A stretch of 63,981 nt of DNA, the filler included, from an uncultured bacterium (GTDB lineage Bacteria; Hinthialibacterota; Hinthialibacteria; Hinthialibacterales; Hinthialibacteraceae): the NCBI GenBank assembly GCA_964449065.1. It is 3 parts of 3 records of this genome, joined end to end, with 100 filler letters (N's around TTAATTAATTAA, not from the genome) between each part and the next. Parts side by side here need not be neighbours in the genome. Positions count along the whole stretch, not along the records: positions 49,164 to 63,981 come from CAYVAZ010000109.1; 2 more parts are not named here. One strand, given 5' to 3'. Every line of letters starts with the position of its first letter. Position 1 is the stretch's first letter. The position numbers and the translations under genes are program-made. Below are positions 49,917 through 60,088 of the stretch, one piece after another. A model generated the notes under the pieces. That model was not told where the DNA came from. It searched no databases and worked only from the letters and a program-made list of their open reading frames with translations.

Positions 49917-51305
49917 ATGGACTATTTTTTCAACGATTTCATTCTATTTGCCGGACGGTTTCATCCGTTGGTGGTGCACTTTCCAATAGCATTAATTTTC
50001 TTCGCGTTTTTTCTGCAACTTCTCTCTTTGTTTCATCGGTTTCAACAATACAAACCGGCCATGCGTTTGGCATGGCTGTGCGGCGCGTTGACTTCGGTTT
50101 TGGCGGCCGTGATGGGATTTTGTTTGTCCTACGAAAGCGGCTATGACAACGATCTGCTGTTTTGGCATCAATGGCTGGGAATCGCGTTGGCGGGTGTATC
50201 TTCCGTAACCTATTTGCTCCATTGCGGGTGTATCCGGTTGCAATCAAATTTTTTAATATGGATTTTATCTATTGGTGCTGTTGGGTTAACAATGGTGACC
50301 GGGCACTATGGCGGCAGCCTTACGCACGGCTCGAATTATTTGTATGAGTATGCCCCGCCGCAATTGCAGAAGATGGTTGGGTATACACCGCCGAAATCTT
50401 CACGCAAAACGGATGTAAACGAATTGTCTGAATTGCATATCTACAACGATATTGTTGCCCCCATTTTTGCGGAACGTTGTTTGTCATGCCACAGCGAAGA
50501 AAAGATGAAAGGCGGGTTGGATTTATCTTCGCAAGAAGGGATCGAGAAAGGCGGCGCCTTCGGGCCGGTGATTGAGCCGGGGAATGCGGATGGCAGTGAG
50601 TTAATCCGCCGGATCACCTTACCTGCGTCGGATGAAGCCGCCATGCCTCCGGAAGGAAAGGCGAGAATTTCAGATGAACGGGTGCGGCTGCTGCAATGGT
50701 GGATTAACAGCGGGGCGCCGTTTGACGAAACCATAGAGGAAGAGACGCTGCCGGATGAAGCGCGATCTATATTAGAAGCGCAATTTCTTGCTTCATTACA
50801 AAAAAGTGAGAACACAGTTCCGGTTGAATCCGCGGCGCAAGAGGTTATTCAAGCGGTTCGCCAGCAGGGATTTTTAGTACGGGCGTTGGCTTCCGGTCAG
50901 CCTTTGTTGGATGTACGGATCGATCCTTTACAAGACGGGATTCGCGCAGAGAACATACTAGCACTGGATGCAATCCGCAAGCAGATTGCTTGGTTGAATT
51001 TGAGCGGATGCGGGTTGAGCGGTGAGTTGTTGCAATCGCTGCCGGATATGCCGAATTTAACTCGGTTGAATGTCAGTAATAATCCAATCGGGGATGTTTC
51101 ACCCTTCCAGCCGCAATCGTTTCCGCAATTAACAGTGTTGAACTTGTATCAGACCAATGTGGATGATGATGCGGTTGATCATTTGGTGAGGTTAAAAACG
51201 CTTGAGGTCTTGTATGTTTGGGGGACGGGTATGTCCGATGAAGATTTAAGGATTTTGAAAATGGCTTTGCCGAATATCGAAGTTATAACTGGTACAAGTA
51301 AGTAG
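49917..51305 (+). CDS. DUF2231 membrane domain + planctomycete-type cytochrome c + LRR protein
   Basis: GRFHPLVVHFPI, GHYGGSLTHG, CLSCH...KGGLDL...MPP, C-terminal LRRs. Confidence 0.85.
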   Translation: MDYFFNDFILFAGRFHPLVVHFPIALIFFAFFLQLLSLFHRFQQYKPAMRLAWLCGALTSVLAAVMGFCLSYESGYDNDLLFWHQWLGIALAGVSSVTYLLHCGCIRLQSNFLIWILSIGAVGLTMVTGHYGGSLTHGSNYLYEYAPPQLQKMVGYTPPKSSRKTDVNELSELHIYNDIVAPIFAERCLSCHSEEKMKGGLDLSSQEGIEKGGAFGPVIEPGNADGSELIRRITLPASDEAAMPPEGKARISDERVRLLQWWINSGAPFDETIEEETLPDEARSILEAQFLASLQKSENTVPVESAAQEVIQAVRQQGFLVRALASGQPLLDVRIDPLQDGIRAENILALDAIRKQIAWLNLSGCGLSGELLQSLPDMPNLTRLNVSNNPIGDVSPFQPQSFPQLTVLNLYQTNVDDDAVDHLVRLKTLEVLYVWGTGMSDEDLRILKMALPNIEVITGTSK

Positions 51306-51319
51306 AAAGGTGAAGAGAA

Positions 51320-51553
51320 TTAATATTCCCCTCTGAATTCATGGATGTCGCGGATTATTTCTTCATGGGTACGGCGTGGGAAATCCAATTGATCGATTTC
51401 TTCAAAGGCCTTTTCCATATCAGACCAATTTCCCTTTTCTGGATTACGGACTTTTCCTTCGCCCGTTTCCAAAATAACCTCATCTCCCAGCTTGAGATTC
51501 GGCGATTTTACACGAAGAATTCCTTGGTCAGATATTTTTGCGATTAGTGACAT
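51320..51553 (-). CDS. Small antitoxin-like protein, orphan
   Basis: 77 aa, AbrB-like N-terminus, RTHEEIIRDIHEFR end; GGAG RBS. Confidence 0.5.
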   Translation of the reverse strand: MSLIAKISDQGILRVKSPNLKLGDEVILETGEGKVRNPEKGNWSDMEKAFEEIDQLDFPRRTHEEIIRDIHEFRGEY

Positions 51554-51713
51554 TTTATAATCTCCACATGTTTGCTGTTAAAGTTGAGCCGATACATTGC
51601 ACTTCCTTATTTCCATGCAAATATAAATATACCCAATTGAATGATTGACGTCAAATTGGATTTTATTGAATTGTATTTTTATTGAATGTATTATGTATCA
51701 ATAAGGTACCGGT

Positions 51714-53093
51714 ATGAAAATGAAGACGGTGTTTTCGTGTGTGGAGTGCGGGCATACGCAGGGCAAGTGGTTCGGCAAGTGCCCCGCTTGCAATGAGTGG
51801 AATACCGCCGTGGAAGAAACGGCCGCTCCAAAAACCACGCGTGAGAAAACGCTGGAAACGACCGTTGTTCAAGTCAAAAAGCCGCAATCGATTCAGGATA
51901 TCCAAACCGAAACGCAAGAACGCATCACCACGGGAATTTCAGAAGTGGACCGCGTTTTAGGCGGCGGGATATTGCCCGGCGCCGCGGTATTGGTGGGGGG
52001 CGAACCGGGAATCGGGAAATCGACTTTGCTTCTTCAAATCGCCGATCAAATCGCGGAACAATACGGCAACGTGCTCTACATCAGCGGGGAAGAATCGCCG
52101 GGGCAGATTAAACTGCGCGGCGAACGCTTGCAAGCAACCTCCGCGGAGTTGTATGTAAAATCGGAGACGCGAATTGAAGAGATGATCGCGCAGGTGCGGT
52201 CTCATAAGCCTTATCTTACTATCATTGATTCCATTCAAACCACGGTGTGGTCGGAACTCTCCTCGGCTCCAGGCAGTGTGGCGCAGGTACGCGATTGCAC
52301 CGCATTGTTGGTGCGGTTGGCGAAAGAGACCAACTCATCCATTGTGCTGGTGGGGCATGTCACCAAAGAAGGCACCATTGCGGGGCCGCGGATGTTGGAA
52401 CATTTGGTGGATGTGGTGCTGTATTTTGAAGGCGACCGCCACCAGAACTACCGCTTGCTGCGCGGGTCAAAAAACCGCTTCGGCTCAACCCATGAGATCG
52501 GGATTTTCGAGATGACCGCATCCGGTTTGCAGGAAGTTCCCAACCCGGCGGGGATGTTCGCGGGAGAAGGCGGCGAGCGTCCGCCCGGCTCGGTGGTGAC
52601 GGTTTCGCTGGAAGGCAACCGGCCTCTGCTGATCGAACTGCAAGCGCTGGTGGCCCCGTTTCATGGGTATGGGTTCCCGCGGCGAACGGTATCGGGGATT
52701 GACGGCAACCGGCTGGCGATGATTTTGGCGGTGCTGGAAAAACGGCTGAACCTGCCGCTTGGCGCCCGGGACGTATTTGTTAACGTGACCGGCGGAATCA
52801 CGATTGATGAACCGGCGGGCGATTTGGGGATCGCCGCGGCGATTTTATCGAGCTTCTTTGACATTTCTTTGCCGTCATACTACAGTATATTTGGAGAGAT
52901 CGGCTTATCGGGTGAAGTACGCCCGGTCCGCGGCGCGGAACAGCGCTTGATGGAATCATCGCAACTGGGCTATCAGCAGAGCGTGGTTCCCGAAGGCAAC
53001 GCGAAAGAACTAACGCGCCGGGGGATTGACGTGAAAGCCGTTCATCCGGTCAAAACCTTAGACGAAATGAAGAGCGCGTTTTTTCCATCATGA
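51714..53093 (+). CDS. radA: DNA repair protein RadA/Sms
   Basis: CxxC zinc finger, GEPGIGKST, KNRFG, Lon-like C-terminus. Confidence 0.98.
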   Translation: MKMKTVFSCVECGHTQGKWFGKCPACNEWNTAVEETAAPKTTREKTLETTVVQVKKPQSIQDIQTETQERITTGISEVDRVLGGGILPGAAVLVGGEPGIGKSTLLLQIADQIAEQYGNVLYISGEESPGQIKLRGERLQATSAELYVKSETRIEEMIAQVRSHKPYLTIIDSIQTTVWSELSSAPGSVAQVRDCTALLVRLAKETNSSIVLVGHVTKEGTIAGPRMLEHLVDVVLYFEGDRHQNYRLLRGSKNRFGSTHEIGIFEMTASGLQEVPNPAGMFAGEGGERPPGSVVTVSLEGNRPLLIELQALVAPFHGYGFPRRTVSGIDGNRLAMILAVLEKRLNLPLGARDVFVNVTGGITIDEPAGDLGIAAAILSSFFDISLPSYYSIFGEIGLSGEVRPVRGAEQRLMESSQLGYQQSVVPEGNAKELTRRGIDVKAVHPVKTLDEMKSAFFPS

Positions 53094-54157
53094 ACATCTT
53101 TAAAGGCAAATCACTCAGCACAACCGCTACCACACCGTTTTTACTTATCTCGCGAATTCTCTTCGTGCTGGTGTTTACGTTTATCATCCACACGTGGATT
53201 CAGTACATCAATATCTACATTCAAGATCAGGATGTGGCGATCTATACCTATTGGGGGTTCTTGGTCGCGGTGCTGTTTGTGTTTATCGAGAGCCAGATCA
53301 AAGAGGTCTATCCCCAATATTTGTTGATGGGGCTGTTTGGAATGCTGTTGGGGCTCGCGACCGCCGCCTTGATCTGCCTGGGTTTGCCGGAAGCCGCGCC
53401 CTCGGAGATTAAGAGTATATTCCGGGTTTGTATCTTCTCGTTTTTGGCCTACTTCGGAGCGACCATCGGTTTGCGCTATGCCCACCGGATGGATTTTATC
53501 GCGGCCAAGTTCTTTAAGAATGTGGAAGACCGCTTATACGGTTCGAAGGTGCTGGATACCAGCGTGCTCATCGACGGGCGGATTATGGAAGTGATAGAAG
53601 CCGGATTTATGAATGGTCTCTTGGTCATTCCTTCGTTCGTGATTGATGAGTTGCAGACGCTGTCCGATTCGAGCGATCACATGAAGCGCTCGAAGGGCCG
53701 GCGGGGACTGGATATCACCAAACGGCTGCAAAACTCAACCAGCTGCGAAGTGGAAATTGTGACGGAAAATTTCCCCAACATTCAGGGAGTCGATAAAAAG
53801 CTGCTGGCGCTTTGCCATAAGTATGAATCCTCGCTGGTGACCATGGATTACAATTTGAACAAAGTGGCTGATTTGGAAGAAATCAGCGTGATGAACATCA
53901 ACCTGCTGGCGCAATCACTGAAGACAGTGGTGCTGCCCGGTGAAAAACTTCTCATTCAAGTGCTGCGTGAAGGGAAAGAAGCCGGGCAGGGTGTGGGCTA
54001 TTTGGATGACGGCACCATGGTTGTCGTCGAAGACGGCAAAAACCTGATCGGCAAAGCGGTGGATGTAGTGGTGGCATCCGTGCTGCAAACCTCGGCCGGC
54101 CGCATGGTCTTTACCAAGCCCGCGCGGGAAGATGAAGCACAGGCGCAGTCTGCATGA
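53090..54157 (+). CDS. PIN/TRAM membrane protein (YacL-like)
   Basis: LDTSVLIDGRI, GRRGLD, GVGYLDDGTMVVVE, LQTSAGRMVF. Confidence 0.93.
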   Translation: MNIFKGKSLSTTATTPFLLISRILFVLVFTFIIHTWIQYINIYIQDQDVAIYTYWGFLVAVLFVFIESQIKEVYPQYLLMGLFGMLLGLATAALICLGLPEAAPSEIKSIFRVCIFSFLAYFGATIGLRYAHRMDFIAAKFFKNVEDRLYGSKVLDTSVLIDGRIMEVIEAGFMNGLLVIPSFVIDELQTLSDSSDHMKRSKGRRGLDITKRLQNSTSCEVEIVTENFPNIQGVDKKLLALCHKYESSLVTMDYNLNKVADLEEISVMNINLLAQSLKTVVLPGEKLLIQVLREGKEAGQGVGYLDDGTMVVVEDGKNLIGKAVDVVVASVLQTSAGRMVFTKPAREDEAQAQSA

Positions 54158-55053
54158 AGCCGCTCGTTTCCATTATTATCCTCAACTACAACGGCAAGCG
54201 GTTTATCCGGCGCTGTCTCGAATCCGTATTGGCGGATGACTATCAGCCGCGCGAAGTCATTCTCGTGGATAACGCCTCCTCCGATGGGTCGATGGAACAG
54301 GCCTACCCATTTGATAACCGCATCACCATAATTGAAAACGCGGAGAACTATGGGTTCCCCAAAGGGTGCAACCAGGGGATCAAACACGCGAACGGCGAAA
54401 TTATCGTTTTGCTGAATGTGGATACCGAAGTCACGCCGGGATGGCTGGATGCGTTGGTACAGCCGATTGTGAATGATGATCAGATTGCGGTGACGGCGTC
54501 GAAACTACTGTTCCCGGACCGGAAAACGGTTCAGTTTGCGGGGGGATGCGTTCACCCGAACGGCTTAACCTCGCATGATGGATATGGGATTCCGGATGAG
54601 GGGCAGTTTGATGAAGCGAAAGAGTGCGGGTATGTTACCGGGGCATCGGTGGCGATACGGCGCGGCGCGCTGGACGCGGTTGGCGGGATGGATGAGGGAT
54701 TTCCGCTCTATTATGAGGATGTAGATTTGTGCGCGCGGATGCATCAGGCCGGGTATAAGGTGATGGTTGAACCGAAATCGTTGGTGTATCATTACGAGAC
54801 CTTTGGAACAAAGAAATTCAGTTTTACCTACTTCTACAAATTTCACCGTGGGCGGATGCGGTTTGTATTGAAGAACTTTGGGATTCGTTATTTTTTCACC
54901 ACGTTCTTACCTGCTGAACTGGGGTGGTATGGGCAGTGTGATTTTCACAACCAATGGCGGGGATTGTTTGCCGCTTATTTGAGCCAACTTCCAAAGGCGC
55001 CTTATTTTTGGCTGCGGGGGTTGGTGCGGAGGCGGTTTTCTTCCGTGACATGA
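54154..55053 (+). CDS. GT2 glycosyltransferase
   Basis: VDNASSDGS, NYGFPKGCN, LLNVD, YYEDVDLC. Confidence 0.92.
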   Translation: MKPLVSIIILNYNGKRFIRRCLESVLADDYQPREVILVDNASSDGSMEQAYPFDNRITIIENAENYGFPKGCNQGIKHANGEIIVLLNVDTEVTPGWLDALVQPIVNDDQIAVTASKLLFPDRKTVQFAGGCVHPNGLTSHDGYGIPDEGQFDEAKECGYVTGASVAIRRGALDAVGGMDEGFPLYYEDVDLCARMHQAGYKVMVEPKSLVYHYETFGTKKFSFTYFYKFHRGRMRFVLKNFGIRYFFTTFLPAELGWYGQCDFHNQWRGLFAAYLSQLPKAPYFWLRGLVRRRFSSVT

Positions 55054-55115
55054 TGACATGAAATCCAACGAATGGTTATACAATTTGTAATTAAGAATGT
55101 TCGTTTCAATTGTAT

Positions 55116-55139
55116 GGGGAGCATCGGCTTCCAGCCGGT
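55116..55139 (+). repeat. REP-like repeat family A
   Basis: GGGGAGCATCGGCTTCCAGCCGGT. Confidence 0.78.
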
Positions 55140-55190
55140 AAATGGATGCGCACTATAAAAAGCGCAGATCACCATATGCGAAGCAATCTC

Positions 55191-55216
55191 TGGGAGGGCG
55201 AGGCTCCCGCCGAGCC
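55191..55216 (+). repeat. REP-like repeat family B
   Basis: TGGGAGGGCGAGGCTCCCGCCGAGCC; also at 61328 and 63955. Confidence 0.82.
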
Positions 55217-55315
55217 TGAAGTACCGTTCGATTGCACCAGAACATATTTTTTGGCAATCACAATAAGTTTCACGCAAGCTTTATCGTCTTCTCCCTTTTG
55301 GATGCTCACTGCACG

Positions 55316-55391
55316 AAATGCCATTGATTCAAACAATCATACCTAAATACGCAAAGTCTTTTCTCCTCAAAGTTTGGGGGAGACACAGAGG
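55316..55391 (+). mobile_element. Solo end of the IS4-like MITE family
   Basis: AATGCCATTGATT...ACGCAAAGTCTTTTCTCCTCAAAGTTTGG...ACACAGAGG, homologous to 23433-23509. Confidence 0.65.
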
Positions 55392-55645
55392 TCTGGATAT
55401 ATACTTTCACGACTTACCGCTGCATCCGAAAGCAACGGTGTTGCGCGGTTGTGGCTTTCAGCCCAGGCATGAAAGCGGCGTGCCCATTCATCGGGGTCAC
55501 TTTTTTGCAAATGCGCAATCGACTCGGAAGGCAAGTGCTGTTCCGCGAGTTGAACCAGCCATTCTTCCAATGATAAGCCTTGCGTCTCTGCATAGGTTTT
55601 AAATGCCGCTTGTTTCTCTGGGGGGAGATCAATCTTTATGGTCAT
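55367..55645 (-). CDS. VapB-like antitoxin, orphan; 3' end runs into MITE
   Basis: MTIKIDLPPE...A...GLSLEEW...FHAWAESH...PLLSDAAVSRESIY. Confidence 0.7.
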   Translation of the reverse strand: MTIKIDLPPEKQAAFKTYAETQGLSLEEWLVQLAEQHLPSESIAHLQKSDPDEWARRFHAWAESHNRATPLLSDAAVSRESIYPDLCVSPKL

Positions 55646-55818
55646 TATTCATACCTTTGTATTGTGTTCCTTCTATTTTAACTTAACTTGTTCGTTTTCA
55701 AAAGTTTTTCGACTAAATTGCCCCCCTTTAAACACGTTATGTTTCTTCTTCCGTTTTCTGATTGGAATATTCCTCTACAATCTTGGTAGCAACCAATTCA
55801 CCGGAACCTTGAAACGCG

Positions 55819-56478
55819 ATGAGTCAGAACGAATTTATTCATTGGATGGATCACCGCGCCGCCGCGCGGCGGCAGCATGCCGAGTTGGCGAAGCTGACGG
55901 GTGTGGGCAACGGCCGAATGCTGGAACTGTTTTCCGGCAGCGGAGAGTATTTAGCCTATTTTCAAGAAAAGAATTGGGAATGTTTAGGCCTGGAAACCGA
56001 TGATAAACTGGCGGATGAATCAATGATGACCAACGCGGTCCCCACGCTTTCAGGAGACCCTAAGGAAGTGGCACTGCCGAGAAATTCATACGATATGGTG
56101 CGGATTCGCTGGGGGCTGAATCACTATAATTCGCCGCATGAACTGCTGACCATTGCGTATCAGGCTACCGCTCCGACCGGCTTTTTGGTAGTCGATGTGT
56201 GGAACAAAAGCGGGTTTCCCTGCCGCCACAAAAATGGCGCGTTGTCAAATACCTATGACCGCAAGCAATTGAAAAAACTGGTGCAAGATGCCGGTTTTGA
56301 AGTGGGTGGACTATTCGCTCCCGCGGTTGGTGATCCGGTATGGTGCCCGTTGAATTTTCAGTCGAACCGTTCGATTCCATCGATGCCGGTGCGGATGCTG
56401 GATTCGCTTTTTGGATTTTTAGACCGGGGCTCGCTGTTGGTGTTGTTGGCGCAAAAGCCTCCTAAAGACAAACAATGA
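55819..56478 (+). CDS. Class I SAM-methyltransferase-like protein (divergent)
   Basis: GRMLELFSGSGEYL, SYDMVRIRWGLNH, PTGFLVV. Confidence 0.65.
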   Translation: MSQNEFIHWMDHRAAARRQHAELAKLTGVGNGRMLELFSGSGEYLAYFQEKNWECLGLETDDKLADESMMTNAVPTLSGDPKEVALPRNSYDMVRIRWGLNHYNSPHELLTIAYQATAPTGFLVVDVWNKSGFPCRHKNGALSNTYDRKQLKKLVQDAGFEVGGLFAPAVGDPVWCPLNFQSNRSIPSMPVRMLDSLFGFLDRGSLLVLLAQKPPKDKQ

Positions 56479-58667
56479 TTCCGCGTATTCTCTCTTGCTT
56501 GATTCTCTTTTTTTTGTGCGCTTCTGCCGCCAATGCTGAATTGCGGTTTACCGTTTTTACTACAGAGTTGGATGAAGACACGGCCGCTCTCTCCATTCCT
56601 TTTTCCTTTCAAACGGAGGCGTTCTCTGTTTCAGATGTGCCGCTGAGCGTGTGGGTTTCCGTCCGCAATCCAGACAATCAAGAGATTGCCCAGCAATCCA
56701 CATCGCAACTCATTACAACACAATCGTATGCTGGTGGGTCACTGACGCTGCGGATCGATCAACCGCAATTGTGGTCGCCGGAGCATCCGTTTTTGTATGA
56801 TGCAACAATTGCCGTGTTGAATGGGGATGAACGGATCGCGGGCCAATCCAAAGCGTTTGGGATTCGCGCTGTTGGGGATACCAATGCGCGGCGCATATAT
56901 AACGGGAACACGCTGCAAATAAAAGGAGTTGTATACCGCTATCAACCGGACTATTGGAAGGAAGATATCGGGTTGATGAAGGCGGCGCATATCAATGCGG
57001 TGCGGATTGAGGATGAGTATCCGCCGGAGACCTTTCTTTCCGCTTGTGATACAGCGGGATTGTTTGTGGTCTGTCCCCCGCCGGAAGAGATGAGACTTAA
57101 ACCGCGTGTTCCGGTTCATCCTTCGATCATCGCGTGGGATTTAACAAAGCGGGACATGACGGAATCCCAACTTGCTTTGCTGTCCAATACCGATCCATAC
57201 CGGCTGATTTTGGTCAATGACCAACGTTTGTATTCCTCACTAAAAATCCCGATTGAAACCCATGACACATTACCGCCGCCGGATTGGCTGAAACGCCGGA
57301 CGCATCCGCTTTTGCTGTTGGCGTATCCCCCCATCGATGGGATGCGGATGGAGGGGCTGGAAGAGATGGCGCGGATTCTGTATGCGGATGAAGATTTTCT
57401 TGGCGGGTTTCTGCACCGCTTTGCCCATGATGAAGGCGTGCAAAACGGTATTGTCACCACCAAACGAGTGTTGATGCCGAATTACACCCAAGTACAAAAC
57501 GTGTATTCACCCATCCGAATTGAAGACGAAGAAGCGCAGGTTCAACCGGGTGAAAATGAAATTGAGTTGACGGTGCATAACCGTTATCAGAAAACCAATC
57601 TGAATGATACGAAGTGCCAATGGCTGCTGTTTCAGGATCAAAAGCCATTTCAACAGGGCAGCATCTATTTGAATGTGCCTCCACAGAGATCATTTGAGAT
57701 GGAAGTGAAATGTACAGTTCCATCCGAAGTGACGCGGCATCATTATTGTTTGCGCCTGAATTTTTTGGGAAATGATGGCCGGCTGCTTTCTCATCAGGTT
57801 GTGCGGCTGCTGCCGAACGATTGGGAAGAAACGCTGGTATTGCGGTTGGATGATTTGCGCGCGGATGACGAATGGACTGTGGAAACGACGGTAGAGGAAT
57901 CGGTGTTTCGGCATGAGGATTTTGTGTTTCGCGCGCAATCGCCGGAAGCGGGCTGGTTTTTGATGACGCAAGACGGCCATGTGCGGCTGATTACCGGTGG
58001 GCCCTCTGTATTGTTGAATGAGAGAACGGAGGACGAAAATCCTCAAGTTGGATTGTTGGAATCCTTTTGGATTTCCGACCGGGAGGTAGACAGGGAGAAT
58101 AAGAATATTGTAATGAAATCATCACTGAAAAGTATAAAGAATGACGATTCAACATTACTTGATATGACCACACTCTTTTCTCCGTATGGTTTTGTTGATG
58201 TGCGTTACCGGATTCAACCGGACGTGGATCAATCGATCGGTACGGTGGGATTGGCGTTCCGCCTGCCGCCAACGCTGAACCGCTTTGCGTATGTGGGAAA
58301 GGGCCCGTATCCATCGTATCCCGGAATGCGGGCGTTAAATGATTTCGGTATTTTTTCCTTTATCGATTGGAAGAAGTTTGTTCCCGGCAACCGCGAGAAA
58401 GTTACTCTCGCTGCATTTACCGGAGAGCATGGCTATGGATTGGGATTGATGATGCTGGATGGGAGCCTTTCGGTTTTGCCTTCAGAGAAGGGAGTTTTGG
58501 CTAGCATCAACGCAGCTTTGGCGGGTTTAGGGAACAAGGAATACTCGACGCAATATCCGATCGATTTGGGCGAGATGCCGCGCGGCGGTTTTGGTGCCGC
58601 GTTCCGCTTGATCCCCCTGTCAAAAACGTCTTACCCGGAACTATTTGAAACCACATTTGAATTTTAG
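56475..58667 (+). CDS. Secreted GH2/LacZ-like protein, probably non-catalytic
   Basis: PQLWSPEHPFLY, FGIR, DIGLMKAAHINAVR, CDTAGLFV, HPSIIAW, YVGKGPYPSYP. Confidence 0.8.
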   Translation: MIPRILSCLILFFLCASAANAELRFTVFTTELDEDTAALSIPFSFQTEAFSVSDVPLSVWVSVRNPDNQEIAQQSTSQLITTQSYAGGSLTLRIDQPQLWSPEHPFLYDATIAVLNGDERIAGQSKAFGIRAVGDTNARRIYNGNTLQIKGVVYRYQPDYWKEDIGLMKAAHINAVRIEDEYPPETFLSACDTAGLFVVCPPPEEMRLKPRVPVHPSIIAWDLTKRDMTESQLALLSNTDPYRLILVNDQRLYSSLKIPIETHDTLPPPDWLKRRTHPLLLLAYPPIDGMRMEGLEEMARILYADEDFLGGFLHRFAHDEGVQNGIVTTKRVLMPNYTQVQNVYSPIRIEDEEAQVQPGENEIELTVHNRYQKTNLNDTKCQWLLFQDQKPFQQGSIYLNVPPQRSFEMEVKCTVPSEVTRHHYCLRLNFLGNDGRLLSHQVVRLLPNDWEETLVLRLDDLRADDEWTVETTVEESVFRHEDFVFRAQSPEAGWFLMTQDGHVRLITGGPSVLLNERTEDENPQVGLLESFWISDREVDRENKNIVMKSSLKSIKNDDSTLLDMTTLFSPYGFVDVRYRIQPDVDQSIGTVGLAFRLPPTLNRFAYVGKGPYPSYPGMRALNDFGIFSFIDWKKFVPGNREKVTLAAFTGEHGYGLGLMMLDGSLSVLPSEKGVLASINAALAGLGNKEYSTQYPIDLGEMPRGGFGAAFRLIPLSKTSYPELFETTFEF

Positions 58668-58694
58668 AGCGTTTCCCAAAAGCAGGTTCATATT

Positions 58695-58718
58695 GGGGAG
58701 CATCAACTTCCAGCCGGT
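58695..58718 (+). repeat. REP-like repeat family A
   Basis: GGGGAGCATCAACTTCCAGCCGGT followed by CAGAACATATTTTT..GCAATCACAATA, also seen near 55238. Confidence 0.75.
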
Positions 58719-59061
58719 GCGAATAAAGTGATTGGTAATCAGAACATATTTTTGCAATCACAATAGTAGTTTGACCGAGTCCTAGCGCATTTCAGAGTTG
58801 GATAGAGAGAATCCGTTGTTTCCTCCTTTAATCAAGGAGGGAAACAAAGGCAAGGCTACCATCATTTCATTGTCGCCAGACTACTAGGACAAAAAGGATA
58901 TATTTCTCGTGGTTTAACCCTTTCGTTTGTATGATAATTTGAATAAAATAACCCAATCGAATTGTGGATGCAAATTTACTATAATATATTTGGACAATAC
59001 CGATCATTTGCATCCCGTAATGAGTCGTTTTCTATCGATGATAACGATAGGTTGATTTCAC

Positions 59062-60057
59062 ATGAAAACGGTTTTTGATTATCAGCAACGCTTTTTAACT
59101 TCTGACCAAGCCGATGGCAAACAACAGGACCGGTGGGTCCCCGCGGATATGCATGTCCATTCTTCTTGTTCCTATGATGTATTGCCCTCCGCCGATCTGC
59201 ACCCCGAAGCCCTCTATCAAAAGGCCTTCAACAAAGGCATGGGTTTTATCACCATCACCGATCACGACACCATGGATGCTTACGACATCATCGGGTGGGA
59301 ACGTGAACGCCTTGTCACCGGTGTTGAAATTACCCTGAGTGACTTCAAACGGGTAGGCCACACCATTCATGTGAATGTTTATACCTTGAATAAACAGCAA
59401 TTTATCGCGTTGAAAGATATCGCGCAAAAGGCGTGCAATATCGAATTGTTTGTCGATTTTCTGCAAAAAGAAAACCTGCCGTATGTCTACAACCATCCGT
59501 TTTGGTTTCCTTCGGGAGAAAAAGCCAACTACAAAGCCGTCGAAGAACTTGTCGATCTCTTCCCCGTGATCGAATACAACATGAAACGGGTCAAAAAGAA
59601 AAACATGCTCGCCATGTGGCTGGCCTACAAATACAACAAAGGCATCGTTGCCAATACCGATACGCACATCGGCCAACTGGGGAATGCCTTCAGTTTATCA
59701 AAGGGCAATACCTTTACGGAATTTTTTGACAACATCGTTCGCGGTGATTCTTTCATCGTCCCGAACGATTTAACCAATAAAACATTGAATTTCGAAATCC
59801 TTCGCTGGGCCGAAATTCTGCTTGAATTGGACGAATCCGTGGGCTATTCGAATTACACAGGTATAGGATGGGTGGACAGCGTGATCAATTTCTTTGCCAA
59901 TCATACCTACGAAACGCATCCGCGTATTTTCCGCTCCGTCGATGTGCTTTTGGAACACTTTTTAAAAACGCAAATCATTGCATTTTGTTACTTGTTCTCT
60001 CAAAACCGCACCGTGCGTGCAATCCGGAAAGAACTGCAGATACCCAATCTGTCATAA
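59062..60057 (+). CDS. PHP-domain metal-dependent phosphoesterase
   Basis: DMHVHS, ITDHDT, GVEIT, IHVNVY, YNHPFW, NTDTH. Confidence 0.85.
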   Translation: MKTVFDYQQRFLTSDQADGKQQDRWVPADMHVHSSCSYDVLPSADLHPEALYQKAFNKGMGFITITDHDTMDAYDIIGWERERLVTGVEITLSDFKRVGHTIHVNVYTLNKQQFIALKDIAQKACNIELFVDFLQKENLPYVYNHPFWFPSGEKANYKAVEELVDLFPVIEYNMKRVKKKNMLAMWLAYKYNKGIVANTDTHIGQLGNAFSLSKGNTFTEFFDNIVRGDSFIVPNDLTNKTLNFEILRWAEILLELDESVGYSNYTGIGWVDSVINFFANHTYETHPRIFRSVDVLLEHFLKTQIIAFCYLFSQNRTVRAIRKELQIPNLS

Positions 60058-60088
60058 TTTACTTGACCTTCAGGCAGGATAACAACGT

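Noticed and set aside
60049..60070. CTGTCAT Pho-box-like sequence before btaA
   Set aside because: Only one half-site, overlapping the PHP stop codon
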